A stretch of DNA of 62,624 nt, the filler included, from Anaerolineae bacterium (lineage in GTDB: Bacteria > Chloroflexota > Anaerolineae > Epilineales > Epilineaceae): assembly GCA_029262755.1 (NCBI GenBank). It is 8 parts of 8 records of this genome, joined end to end, with 100 filler letters (N's around TTAATTAATTAA, not from the genome) between each part and the next. Parts side by side here need not be neighbours in the genome. Positions count along the whole stretch, not along the records: positions 8,128 to 22,427 come from JAJCYU010000129.1; 7 more parts are not named here. One strand, given 5' to 3'. Position numbers and translations under genes: made by a program. Below, piece by piece: positions 9,218-18,542 of the stretch (position 1 is its first letter; each line of letters begins with the position of its first letter). The notes below the pieces were generated by a model. The model ran no database searches. It saw only the letters and a program-made list of their open reading frames with translations, and was not told where the DNA came from.

Positions 9218-10426
9218 CTACTCCCCTTCCAACACAACGCCAGAGCGCAATGCATCCACGACTACTTGCATACCAGACGAAGCACTAGTCCGCATGTCCT
9301 CGCCAATTGACCCAAACCGCTCACGCGTTGCAGCCGAAGCAACATGTGCCCCCCTAAACGCAACTGCAAACGAAGCCACATTCAACTCACCCAGCGAAAT
9401 CGTATTATCAGAAACTCCTGCCAGTTGAGCCATGGTTGCCACCTTAGCCTGATAGTCAATCACAATCGCTGGGGTGGCCACGACGATGGCCAGAATAAGC
9501 GCATGCAAGCGAGCCGCAACCACGAACTCACTCTGCTCGAACAAGGCAATCACTTCTGACAGGCTCGCCTCATGAGTTAGCACCTCTGCCCGCGCTGACT
9601 CCCGCATACCACCGACACATTGGAGACTCATTTCAATATCTCGATCCTGTTGCAAATCGAAAGGAACAAACACGACGTCACAATCAAGCTCTTGAACAAG
9701 AAGGTCAATACAATCTGCTACCCTTGAAATATACTCCCGTGCTGAATACTCTACGATGCGATACGTGGGAACCCCCATCACCACCGCACACACTCGCCGC
9801 GCCGATCCCCCAAGCGCCGGCTGCGAACCTAATGCACTGGCCGCTACCAGTTGGTCTCGCAGCAAAAACACAGGATCCCGAAACACCTGAACTTCTCTAG
9901 GAAATCCAGTAGACAGAATGAGCTGCTGGGAGTATTCGTCCCGAACAGACACATCCGTAGCGTGCATTAACGCCCCTCGCCAAATCCATCGCCAATGCCA
10001 CTTCCGGAATGCCGAGTCATCAACACCAACGGAGTGCACAATCGTATGACAACCACACCACTTGGCGGCGATGAGCATCTCGAACCAAGGCCGACGACCG
10101 CTACTGCCATGGAAGAAACCGCCACCACCAAGTACGAACACGTCAGACCGATACAAGACTTGCCAAGCCGCCCACCGCTGTCGCCACGACATCCGAGCAG
10201 GAGCATCGATCACCTCATCTACATCATGCAATCCCAAAGTATGATCTGAATTGAATGTCAATATCGATATGTGAACATTCGGAAGAGCCTTCCGAACAAC
10301 TCGAACCATCGATGCAAGAATCGCCTCGTCGCCCAGATTCGGAATACCATACCATCCGTATATACACAATCGCGCTGGCTTGGATAGGCCTTTCTTGGCC
10401 TTTCCGCGACCTCGAAACACCGTCAT
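9218..10426 (-). CDS. Polysaccharide pyruvyltransferase family protein (CsaB/WcaK-like)
   Basis: GWYGIPNLGDEAIL, LGGGG, SVRDEYS, DPVF and RLHALI motifs; ATG overlaps the wzt stop (ATGA). Confidence 0.9.
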   Translation of the reverse strand: MTVFRGRGKAKKGLSKPARLCIYGWYGIPNLGDEAILASMVRVVRKALPNVHISILTFNSDHTLGLHDVDEVIDAPARMSWRQRWAAWQVLYRSDVFVLGGGGFFHGSSGRRPWFEMLIAAKWCGCHTIVHSVGVDDSAFRKWHWRWIWRGALMHATDVSVRDEYSQQLILSTGFPREVQVFRDPVFLLRDQLVAASALGSQPALGGSARRVCAVVMGVPTYRIVEYSAREYISRVADCIDLLVQELDCDVVFVPFDLQQDRDIEMSLQCVGGMRESARAEVLTHEASLSEVIALFEQSEFVVAARLHALILAIVVATPAIVIDYQAKVATMAQLAGVSDNTISLGELNVASFAVAFRGAHVASAATRERFGSIGEDMRTSASSGMQVVVDALRSGVVLEGE

Positions 10427-11658
10427 GCCTCGAACCTCCAATCGTGCTCGACCATGATCACCCCAGCCGACGGATCCGGGCTCAAACCTGAAGCGAAGAA
10501 CTCTGATGTTCCTACTACAACCATCGCAGCCTTTGGAATATGAACTACAGCATGCCCTCGAGCATGGATGGCCACTGCAATCCGATACCGGCCGGGAGCC
10601 AATGGCAAACGCTCCAACGAGCACAACGCTACACCCGAATGCTCTAACTTAAGCGGCTCGCTATCGGCGAATTGAGTATCACAGTTCAACATTGCGACTC
10701 CGTACTCGCTATAAACAGACAACAAGAATCGTGCACCAGGAACGCTCTGATTCCCCACGCGAAATCGAACTCGAAACGTAACACTTCGCCCGGCGATCAA
10801 GACCCCCTCCCCGCCCACCGACGGACCATCGATCTCAATTCCTTCGTATCCAATATCGCTATCGCCAACCTCACTACTCTGTCCATCAGACTTCATATCA
10901 GAGTACGTAAGCTCCTGCATTCGCTCCAGATACCATTGAATACCATTCGCCGTAGGACCATCAAACACAACGGAGCCCGCCTCCAACACCAACACCCGGG
11001 TGCAAAGACTTTGAACTAAGCCAAGGCTGTGACTAACAAATAACACCGTACGTCCATCCTCGGCCACAGAATTCATGCGCTTAATGCATTTTTGCCTGAA
11101 TGCCGCATCTCCTACGGCGAGAACTTCGTCCACGATCAAAGTCTCGACGTCAACGTTCGCTGCAATGGCGAAAGCTAAACGCACATACATTCCGCTCGAG
11201 TACCACTTTACCGGGGTGTCTAGATAATTCGAGACACCAGAGAAATGCACAATGTCTTCAAATCTAGCCTCAATCTCGCTGCGTGTCATACCTAGTATCG
11301 CACCATTCATGAAGATGTTCTCTCGACCAGTTAGCTCGGGATGGAATCCAGTGCCAACCTCAAGTAGCGAACCTACCCGGCCTCGCAGGATTACTTCACC
11401 AGAAGTCGGAGATGTGATCCTTGACAATACCTTAAGCAACGTACTCTTGCCTGCACCATTGTCTCCCACAATTCCGACCACTTCACCTGGCATCACGCGA
11501 AACGTCACGTTCCTCAGTGCCCAATGCGCCTCTCGACGAACCGCCCTTGGTGTACCAATGCTCCGAAATAGGCCAGCCACCAGTCCCCGCAGTGTATCGT
11601 GATGCATTCCGCCCTTCTGATAAACTTTAGAGACTCCGCGCACAGAAATCGACGGCAC
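10423..11658 (-). CDS. wzt: Polysaccharide ABC exporter ATP-binding subunit with C-terminal carbohydrate-binding domain
   Basis: Walker A GDNGAGKST, YSSGMYVRLAF signature, IVDEVLAVGD, VSHS; C-terminal extension. Start (GTG 11658) inferred. Confidence 0.93.
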   Translation of the reverse strand: MPSISVRGVSKVYQKGGMHHDTLRGLVAGLFRSIGTPRAVRREAHWALRNVTFRVMPGEVVGIVGDNGAGKSTLLKVLSRITSPTSGEVILRGRVGSLLEVGTGFHPELTGRENIFMNGAILGMTRSEIEARFEDIVHFSGVSNYLDTPVKWYSSGMYVRLAFAIAANVDVETLIVDEVLAVGDAAFRQKCIKRMNSVAEDGRTVLFVSHSLGLVQSLCTRVLVLEAGSVVFDGPTANGIQWYLERMQELTYSDMKSDGQSSEVGDSDIGYEGIEIDGPSVGGEGVLIAGRSVTFRVRFRVGNQSVPGARFLLSVYSEYGVAMLNCDTQFADSEPLKLEHSGVALCSLERLPLAPGRYRIAVAIHARGHAVVHIPKAAMVVVGTSEFFASGLSPDPSAGVIMVEHDWRFEA

Positions 11659-11677
11659 TACCTGTCCAATTGCAGAA

Positions 11678-12535
11678 CTAGACGATGTCGGCAAAACGCC
11701 TCTCCGTTGCGTGAAAATACCAGAGGCCCAATACCAATAACGTGAACGCAATAGCTACTCCATTCACGAACGGCACATCAATTGGGGTACCCAATACCGC
11801 ACTCCGAAACAGCTGGATTGGCAATACCATTGGGTTCATAGAATATAGCCAATGCCACTGCTCAGGAATTTTCTCTATCGGATAAATGATCGGACTACAA
11901 TACATCATCAATTGCAAAATGAATGGAACCGCTTGTTGAACATCCCGGTAGCGGACATTCATGGCAGATACAAGTAACGCCATGCCAATTGAGCATGAGA
12001 CTGCCATCAGCAACGACACGGGAATGAGCAAAAGATTGCCTGATGGCACTGTTTGGGTCGCAACCAGCAACACTCCGAACACGACCCCAGCGGCAATCAA
12101 GTCCACCAAGCTTGCCAGAATTACTGACAGTGGAATGAACACACGTGGGAAGTACACTTTTGTCAGTAGCCCACGGTTGGCAACGAGTACCTGAGCCGAT
12201 CTCCCAACCGAGCCTGCGAAGAATCCCCACAGTATCAGTCCGGAATAGCTATGTACCGGGTAGGGCACACCAGCCGCTGAGGGGACTCCCAATAGCCTAT
12301 TGAACAGCAACGAAAACACTAGAACCGTAACAGCGGGCTGAATAATTACCCACAACACCCCGAGAATGCTTTGCCGATAACGCACGCTGATTTCGCGCTG
12401 AGCAAGCATGATTCCCAGTTCCCGGAATTGCCACAACTCAGACGGCGAAATGAGAGTCCAGCGACTCGCGGGCCTTACGATTACCACTCCCTCACCTCGC
12501 GAATGCGAAATGTGAGAACCAGGCTTCACTGACAC
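11678..12535 (-). CDS. wzm: Polysaccharide ABC exporter permease
   Basis: RYRQSILGVLW, KVYFPR, RYRDV, SPIIYP and NPM motifs; about six TM helices. Confidence 0.93.
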   Translation of the reverse strand: MSVKPGSHISHSRGEGVVIVRPASRWTLISPSELWQFRELGIMLAQREISVRYRQSILGVLWVIIQPAVTVLVFSLLFNRLLGVPSAAGVPYPVHSYSGLILWGFFAGSVGRSAQVLVANRGLLTKVYFPRVFIPLSVILASLVDLIAAGVVFGVLLVATQTVPSGNLLLIPVSLLMAVSCSIGMALLVSAMNVRYRDVQQAVPFILQLMMYCSPIIYPIEKIPEQWHWLYSMNPMVLPIQLFRSAVLGTPIDVPFVNGVAIAFTLLVLGLWYFHATERRFADIV

Positions 12536-12613
12536 ACGAAACCAATCCCATCCACCAATGTCCTAACGACGAGTGTCTTCGTGACGTCCCCCACAAGTGC
12601 CGGATGCGGGCCC

Positions 12614-14104
12614 CTAGCGACCACTTTTCATTCTCAACCTCACAAAAACAAAGACAAATGAGACAGCAGCGACTGCTCCGAAGACTAGGGCAAGGGAGGA
12701 CCGTTTCGGCACAGTCGAGAACGGCGCCTGAATGCTTTCTACGGAATATCCTTCGACCATTCCTACCTCAGGCGACTTTCGGCCAATTGATGTGGCCGTC
12801 GCAGTTGGCGCCCGCAGGGCAGGTGTGGATCCGCCGGAACCCTCCAAGCCAGGCAAGTCCGCAATGAATGCTTGTCGATGCCACAAACCTATCCTTGCAT
12901 CGCTGTGTTGTCCTGCTCTTGCCTCCTGCCGCCAAAAGGCGTGCAAAGTGTTTCCATCGACGAGTTCCAGCTTCGGTCCACCAACTGAAATCTCGGTATC
13001 CCCGATAGCCGACAATACTTGCACTGCCGAAGCCGTGTTCGAGCCTAGCACTGTATACAATGATTCTGAAGTAGGTTCGCCTTCCCGTCGATCGCCAAAC
13101 ATTAAGACATGCATGCGACTACGTGCGTCAGCCACGATACTAGGGGAACCGGATGTTAGGCCGGACGCCTCACTGATCTTTATTGTTGGCTGCCACGAAA
13201 CACCGAAGTCATCTGACGCTCGCGCGAAACGGCCACCATTTGGAGCACTTCCGTTCCAAACAACGAATAGTGCAACTCTGTTACAACCCATCACCGCCCA
13301 CCCCTGATTCGCCGAGGCGACAGGTGTGGGTCTGGTCCACCGAGCTGAATCTGGACCAATACCTGAATACATGACTCTCGTTGGAGGCCAACCCTGAGGT
13401 AACTCCAACTCCGTCCAAACTACATGAATACTCTCATCTGGACAAACCGTCAGATTGGCCATTGCCGGCGCTAGTCGCTCGGTTGCATGGGCGATCAGCT
13501 GTGGCTCATCCCATGTCTCACCGCTATCTGTACTTGAGATTGCGATCAGTCTGCCGTCCTGCCCGGATATGGTTGCACAGGCAATCATCAATCCAGTCTC
13601 AATTGTTGTGGCGATAGAGCACATATCGTGGGATGAATATCCTATTGGCGTTAGGGCCACCGCCTCACTCCATGATGCTGCTGACTCAGCTCTCTCGCCG
13701 AGGGCTCTCGAATACATCAACAGGCCTGACTCCTGCCACGTTAAGTGAACCCATCCATCACTAGTTGAAGTGGCGTTTGGATATTCAATGCGCCCGCTTC
13801 CCGATGCAATGAACACGTCATTCATTGCACTCCAGTCACTCTGAAAGTACTCAGAGTGAAAGATCAATTCGCTATCGCTGCTCTCGACCCTCGACGTGCC
13901 TGCCCAAAACACGTGGATTGAGCCGCGAGAGTCTGTGGTGGTGGTAAACACACCTGGGTACTCTGCGACTAGCTCCTCACGCGACCAAAGGGTTTCGGAA
14001 GCCACGATTGTGACTGGAAGTCTGAGTCGCAACTGCAAGCCTGGCTGGAGCAGAACTAGCAACAACAATATTCGGAGGAAGTCTAGCGCCATGCTGAATG
14101 CCAT
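12614..14104 (-). CDS. Secreted Asp-box (BNR/sialidase-like) beta-propeller protein with C-terminal TM anchor
   Basis: Signal-like N-terminus, Asp-boxes SSTDSGETW and ASDDFGVSW, repeated IHVVW strands, C-terminal hydrophobic helix plus basic tail. Confidence 0.72.
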   Translation of the reverse strand: MAFSMALDFLRILLLLVLLQPGLQLRLRLPVTIVASETLWSREELVAEYPGVFTTTTDSRGSIHVFWAGTSRVESSDSELIFHSEYFQSDWSAMNDVFIASGSGRIEYPNATSTSDGWVHLTWQESGLLMYSRALGERAESAASWSEAVALTPIGYSSHDMCSIATTIETGLMIACATISGQDGRLIAISSTDSGETWDEPQLIAHATERLAPAMANLTVCPDESIHVVWTELELPQGWPPTRVMYSGIGPDSARWTRPTPVASANQGWAVMGCNRVALFVVWNGSAPNGGRFARASDDFGVSWQPTIKISEASGLTSGSPSIVADARSRMHVLMFGDRREGEPTSESLYTVLGSNTASAVQVLSAIGDTEISVGGPKLELVDGNTLHAFWRQEARAGQHSDARIGLWHRQAFIADLPGLEGSGGSTPALRAPTATATSIGRKSPEVGMVEGYSVESIQAPFSTVPKRSSLALVFGAVAAVSFVFVFVRLRMKSGR

Positions 14105-14934
14105 ATCCGCCAGCCACGTCGTCGTTTCGATGAGAGTGCAATTCCTACTGCCAGTTGACGCGCATAATATTCATGGCCCCATACTTTCCGCTGTTCCGCG
14201 AGGGCCACCAGTTTGGGATTATCAGACTCGACTCTTACCTCTATCCCGCATGCTATTGCTTCAAGAACTGCGCGTTCACCTCCTCCGTGTACCGTTGCGG
14301 GAATATAAACCAACTTTGCGCTTTGATAGTAACTGGCCAATATCTCATATGGCATGAAATTCATAGTTTCAATTCCGGCGGCGTTCAATTGCGCAAGTAC
14401 TCCAGGGTCGCTGGAGGCGGAGTCACCAATCACAATTTTTCGGCCTGGGAGGGATGCAAGTAGGTATTGTCGTTTGTAGTCTCGAAATGCTCCAACTGAG
14501 AGAACATCGATTGTTTTCGGGAATCCTGGTCTCGCTGGCGTCATGATCCTTGTATCGATGCCGAATGCATGTAGAGATGGCGGCATTTGTTGAAGGTATT
14601 GACGATACCACGGGGTCTCATAGTACAAGATATCGTAGAACGCCATTTTCCTTCTTACTGGCGGAGGCTCGCTACCGGATATCATGATTCCCAGGAGTGG
14701 CCTTCTCGATCGAAACGCTCTCCGCACGTAGTTGTCAACGATCCAACCCCAGTTGCTCTTTGCCAGTATAAAGTCTGTGCTACGTACCGAGGCAGCGACT
14801 CGTTCTAGTTCTTCTATATCTTGAATATTGACGAAAGCTGTCGGAATATGCGGCGCGAGTTGTTCGATTGCCGCAGTGAATCCATCATGCCAAGCGTATA
14901 TTTTCCGCGACTCTAATGGAATGCTGTAGTACAC
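14083..14934 (-). CDS. Glycosyltransferase (GT-B/GT4-like)
   Basis: FGIDT, SVGAFRDYKRQ, GGGERAVLEAIACG. Start uncertain: the frame stays open upstream of GTG 14934 with no canonical start. Confidence 0.75.
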   Translation of the reverse strand: MYYSIPLESRKIYAWHDGFTAAIEQLAPHIPTAFVNIQDIEELERVAASVRSTDFILAKSNWGWIVDNYVRRAFRSRRPLLGIMISGSEPPPVRRKMAFYDILYYETPWYRQYLQQMPPSLHAFGIDTRIMTPARPGFPKTIDVLSVGAFRDYKRQYLLASLPGRKIVIGDSASSDPGVLAQLNAAGIETMNFMPYEILASYYQSAKLVYIPATVHGGGERAVLEAIACGIEVRVESDNPKLVALAEQRKVWGHEYYARQLAVGIALSSKRRRGWRIWHSAWR

Positions 14935-14980
14935 GAGCAGCCGTCGTGCGCTACTGCCTTCAAGTATGCGTGCGATCTCG

Positions 14981-15667
14981 CTAATCTCGCGTCGTCTCTT
15001 GCGTTTCGCACCTCATCGAGTCCGTGTAGAATTCGCCGGGTTGCGCCAGGCACTCTGATCGAACCCATACGGTATCAGCTTGGGTAACGTACCTCTGGAG
15101 ATATGTCATGACGAATCCGTGAGAATTTAACAATTCCGCCACTTCGAAATGCAAGTGCTGGCCTTCAAAGACTTCTATCATTTCGGTTTCGACCTGCAGC
15201 GCAACTATGTCTTGGAGCCGGTCCTCTGCACCCTTCAACACTTCATAGGACATGCCTTCTACATCGATCTTGACAAAACCTACCGACTCCCAATCGGTGT
15301 TCTCGATAAGTGACTTGAGAGTCTGTGTTGGAGTCGTGATCGACATTGTATCGTAGTCGTATGTTGCAAGGCGTCTTCGTCTGAGGGATGAGACTCCGTT
15401 GTTACTCGCCAGCGCGTTGACTGCCGCTAGTGCCGCGATTCCGTCGTGATCGGTGATTGCGCTTTCGACAATTCGAAACCCAGGCAGATTTTCTCGTAGC
15501 GCTTCGCAGAGTTGGGGATGTGCTTCCACTGCAATCACACTGGATGGCTCGACGTTGAAGTACTCCGCGAGCATGCGGGTGTCATGACCGTCGTTCGCGC
15601 CGATGTCAATGACTGATTGAATTGGCGTCTTACAGTAGCGCAATCCAATGTCCAGCATTGTAGACAT
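14981..15667 (-). CDS. FkbM family methyltransferase
   Basis: IDIGANDG, AVEAHP, VKIDVEG..EVLKG. ATG 15667 preferred; the open frame extends to 15925. Confidence 0.88.
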   Translation of the reverse strand: MSTMLDIGLRYCKTPIQSVIDIGANDGHDTRMLAEYFNVEPSSVIAVEAHPQLCEALRENLPGFRIVESAITDHDGIAALAAVNALASNNGVSSLRRRRLATYDYDTMSITTPTQTLKSLIENTDWESVGFVKIDVEGMSYEVLKGAEDRLQDIVALQVETEMIEVFEGQHLHFEVAELLNSHGFVMTYLQRYVTQADTVWVRSECLAQPGEFYTDSMRCETQETTRD

Positions 15668-15921
15668 TGGGCTGGTAGAGGGGCGTCGACTCTCCGCTGA
15701 CCCTGCGCAAAGCTCACGTAGCGCAGCGCTAACCCGGCGCACGATCGTCGTGCGAAAGTAGGCTTGTCTCACTTGGATTGCTCCGATGGGCAACCGGATA
15801 GAAGGGCTTTCTACCTGTCTCGTGTCCAGTTCTCCCTGATAATAACGATTCGAGCAGAGTCTTGAGTTAGGGAGCATAGTGCTTCCACGTAGTGCGGTGA
15901 ACAATCGAATGGGCCTGCGGA

Positions 15922-17745
15922 TCACGTCGTGACTTCATCCGCTATGTAGCCCCGCGAACGAAGCCACTTCACGAGCACTTCCGCGCTCACGTCCGGATCC
16001 GCGCCGTCACCCGTGACGACCACTTCGGCCGCGGCCGGTTGCTCATAGGGATCGTCGATGCCCGTGAATCCCTTGATCTCGCCTCGCCGGGCCTTCGCGT
16101 AGAGCCCCTTCACATCGCGTGCCTCGCATACGGCTAGTGGCGTGTCGACGTACACCTCGCAGAAATGCTCTTCGCCAACGTGGTTGCGCACGTCGTCGCG
16201 CGTGGCCCTGTAGGGGCTGATTGCAGCGCAGATCACGGTCCCGCCGTGTCGGACGATCTCGGATGCCACGAAGCCGATACGACGGATATTCGTGTCCCGG
16301 TCGTCCTTGCTAAAGCCGAGGCCCTTGCTCAAGTGGGTTCGAACCACGTCCCCGTCGAGCACCGTCACCTGTCGACCGGATTCCTCCAGCCGCACCTTGA
16401 GCACGTTGGCAATCGTGCTCTTGCCGCTGCCGCTCAATCCGGTGAACCAGATGCACACACCCTGCTTGTGCCGGGGTGGATAGGCGTCGCGCAGAACCGC
16501 GGCTACCTCGCGGCGGCTGAACCATTCCGGGAGTAGCTTGCCCTTGGCAAGGTATTCCTCGCGGACCTGCGTTCCGGAGATGGAGTGCGTCTTTTGCTCG
16601 GGACTCAGGTTGACTTCTTCTTCGTATCGGTCCTCGCCCTCGACGTAGACCATCATCTTGAACGGAATCATCTTCACACCGAGCTCGTCCTGATGCTTGG
16701 CGACGAGTTCCTGGGCATCGTATGGGCCGTGGAATGGCTTTCCGGTCGAGTCGACCCCGGCGCCGGCGTGATCGCGGCCGACTATGATGTGATTCGCTCC
16801 GAAATTTCGGCGGATGAGCGCATGCCAAAGTGCTTCGCGTGGCCCCGCCATTCGCATAGCTAGTGGGAGAAGCGAAAGGAGGACCCGATCCGATTCGTAG
16901 TGGTTGTCGACAAGAGCACGGTACGTGCGGACGCGCGTGAAGTGGTCGACGTCGCCGGGTTTGGTCATTCCGACCACGGGGTGGAGCAACAGAGTGCCGT
17001 CGACCGACTCGGTGGCGCGCTTGGTCAAGGCTTCATGAACGCGGTGCAACGGGTTGCGGGTCTGGAATGCCACGACGTTTTCGTGCCCATAGGACGCCAA
17101 CCGCGTACGTACCTGAGTCGGGGTCATACGAAGCGATTCGAAATCGTAGTGGCGCGGTAACGCGAGTACGCGTAGACGACCGCTGACGTTTAGATCCCCC
17201 CACCTGTGCATCTCGGCAACCAGTGGATGCCGCGCATCGGTCGTGCCGAACACGAGCCGCGCCGTCTCCTGCATGTCCCAGGGGTAGATGTGCTCGACAT
17301 CCATGACGGCTAACAGGTTGTTGTTGCTGTCGCGAAGAGCGATGTGATCCTCGACCCCCTTGAGATCCTCGGCCGCGACGGGTAACGTGATGGGAATCGG
17401 AAAGATGGCGCCATCGGCCAGGCGCATCTCAGCGATCACGCGGCGGAAGTCTTCCGGCCCCATGAAGCGATCCAAGGGCGAGAATGCGCCGGTGGCGAGC
17501 AGTTCGAGGTCGCAAACCGCGCGTTCCGAGATCTGGATGGACGGCAGGGCACCAGCCTCTTCCTTGAGCGCATCGCGCTGACCTGCGTCGACCAAGAGGT
17601 TTACGAGACGGCCCCCGTAGGGCGAGATAAGCTCAACTTGGCTATCTGCAGCAGCCGAGGAAGCTGTTTCAAGGTCTTGTGCTACAGCAGCAGGATTCGA
17701 TGGCGAAGACAAAGTCACGCGATGATCTCCATTGTCAGGGTGCAT
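15922..17745 (-). CDS. sat/cysC: Bifunctional sulfate adenylyltransferase / adenylylsulfate kinase
   Basis: AFQTRNPLHRVH, GRDHAG, ISGTQVR (Sat); WFTGLSGSGKST, LDGDVVR, KGLYAKA, FTGIDDPYE (APS kinase). Confidence 0.96.
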   Translation of the reverse strand: MHPDNGDHRVTLSSPSNPAAVAQDLETASSAAADSQVELISPYGGRLVNLLVDAGQRDALKEEAGALPSIQISERAVCDLELLATGAFSPLDRFMGPEDFRRVIAEMRLADGAIFPIPITLPVAAEDLKGVEDHIALRDSNNNLLAVMDVEHIYPWDMQETARLVFGTTDARHPLVAEMHRWGDLNVSGRLRVLALPRHYDFESLRMTPTQVRTRLASYGHENVVAFQTRNPLHRVHEALTKRATESVDGTLLLHPVVGMTKPGDVDHFTRVRTYRALVDNHYESDRVLLSLLPLAMRMAGPREALWHALIRRNFGANHIIVGRDHAGAGVDSTGKPFHGPYDAQELVAKHQDELGVKMIPFKMMVYVEGEDRYEEEVNLSPEQKTHSISGTQVREEYLAKGKLLPEWFSRREVAAVLRDAYPPRHKQGVCIWFTGLSGSGKSTIANVLKVRLEESGRQVTVLDGDVVRTHLSKGLGFSKDDRDTNIRRIGFVASEIVRHGGTVICAAISPYRATRDDVRNHVGEEHFCEVYVDTPLAVCEARDVKGLYAKARRGEIKGFTGIDDPYEQPAAAEVVVTGDGADPDVSAEVLVKWLRSRGYIADEVTT

Positions 17746-17752
17746 CCCCAGG

Positions 17753-18514
17753 CTAAGCGTAGCAAACAGGGACGTAGTCTTGGTGGCGTCTGCCGGTCAT
17801 TCCGGGCCGGAGTGGGGATTCTGCATTCGGCCAGATTGTACGATCTTCGTAGATGTACGGCTGGATCTCAGAGGGTGCTCGATCGGAGCAAACCCAATCA
17901 ACCCGCAAGAAATTCGCTTCCAACCGTTTGCGATAGTCACGCCCCGGCGCTGGCATGTGAAAGGCCTCATGCGGGTTTGCCTTGGGATACTCAACTGTGT
18001 GTTCCGATACGATAGGTACGGGAAGAACCGCGATCCCACCAAGCCGAAGAACCCGTGCGATTTCGGCGATGGCCTTCACGTCGTCGGGCACATGTTCCAA
18101 CACGTGTGAGGCAAAGACAAAATCATAGGTGGCGTCCGCAAATGGCAGTTTCTGTAGATCTACGTTGTGGTCTACATCGGTCCTTATCAAATCTGCCGAT
18201 TCATAGTGCGCGAATCGCTCGCGGAACCACGGCTGGAAAAAGGGCTCGGGCGCGAAGTGGAGCATGCGCGACCCAAGAAAGGAGGGATCTCGTAGCAACT
18301 CACCCACGACATGCCGCTGAAGCCGATGCCGCTCGACCGCACCACATCGGGGACATTGCGCATGGGCGCGCACACCGGTCTTGGCGTGTAGATCACGGAG
18401 TGGACCACGATACAGACAGATCGGGCACAAGAAGCGTGTCTTGCCAATACTTCGTGCACGGAACTCGAAAAGACGTGCCGAACGACGAACACGATGCTTG
18501 ATAGTTCTCAGCAT
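17753..18514 (-). CDS. Class I SAM methyltransferase-like protein with N-terminal Zn ribbon
   Basis: CPIC...CPRC, ERHR, LHFAPE, SHVLEHVPDD, EIARVL. Confidence 0.85.
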   Translation of the reverse strand: MLRTIKHRVRRSARLFEFRARSIGKTRFLCPICLYRGPLRDLHAKTGVRAHAQCPRCGAVERHRLQRHVVGELLRDPSFLGSRMLHFAPEPFFQPWFRERFAHYESADLIRTDVDHNVDLQKLPFADATYDFVFASHVLEHVPDDVKAIAEIARVLRLGGIAVLPVPIVSEHTVEYPKANPHEAFHMPAPGRDYRKRLEANFLRVDWVCSDRAPSEIQPYIYEDRTIWPNAESPLRPGMTGRRHQDYVPVCYA

Positions 18515-18542
18515 CCGAAGTCCGGTTCGTTGTACACCAACA

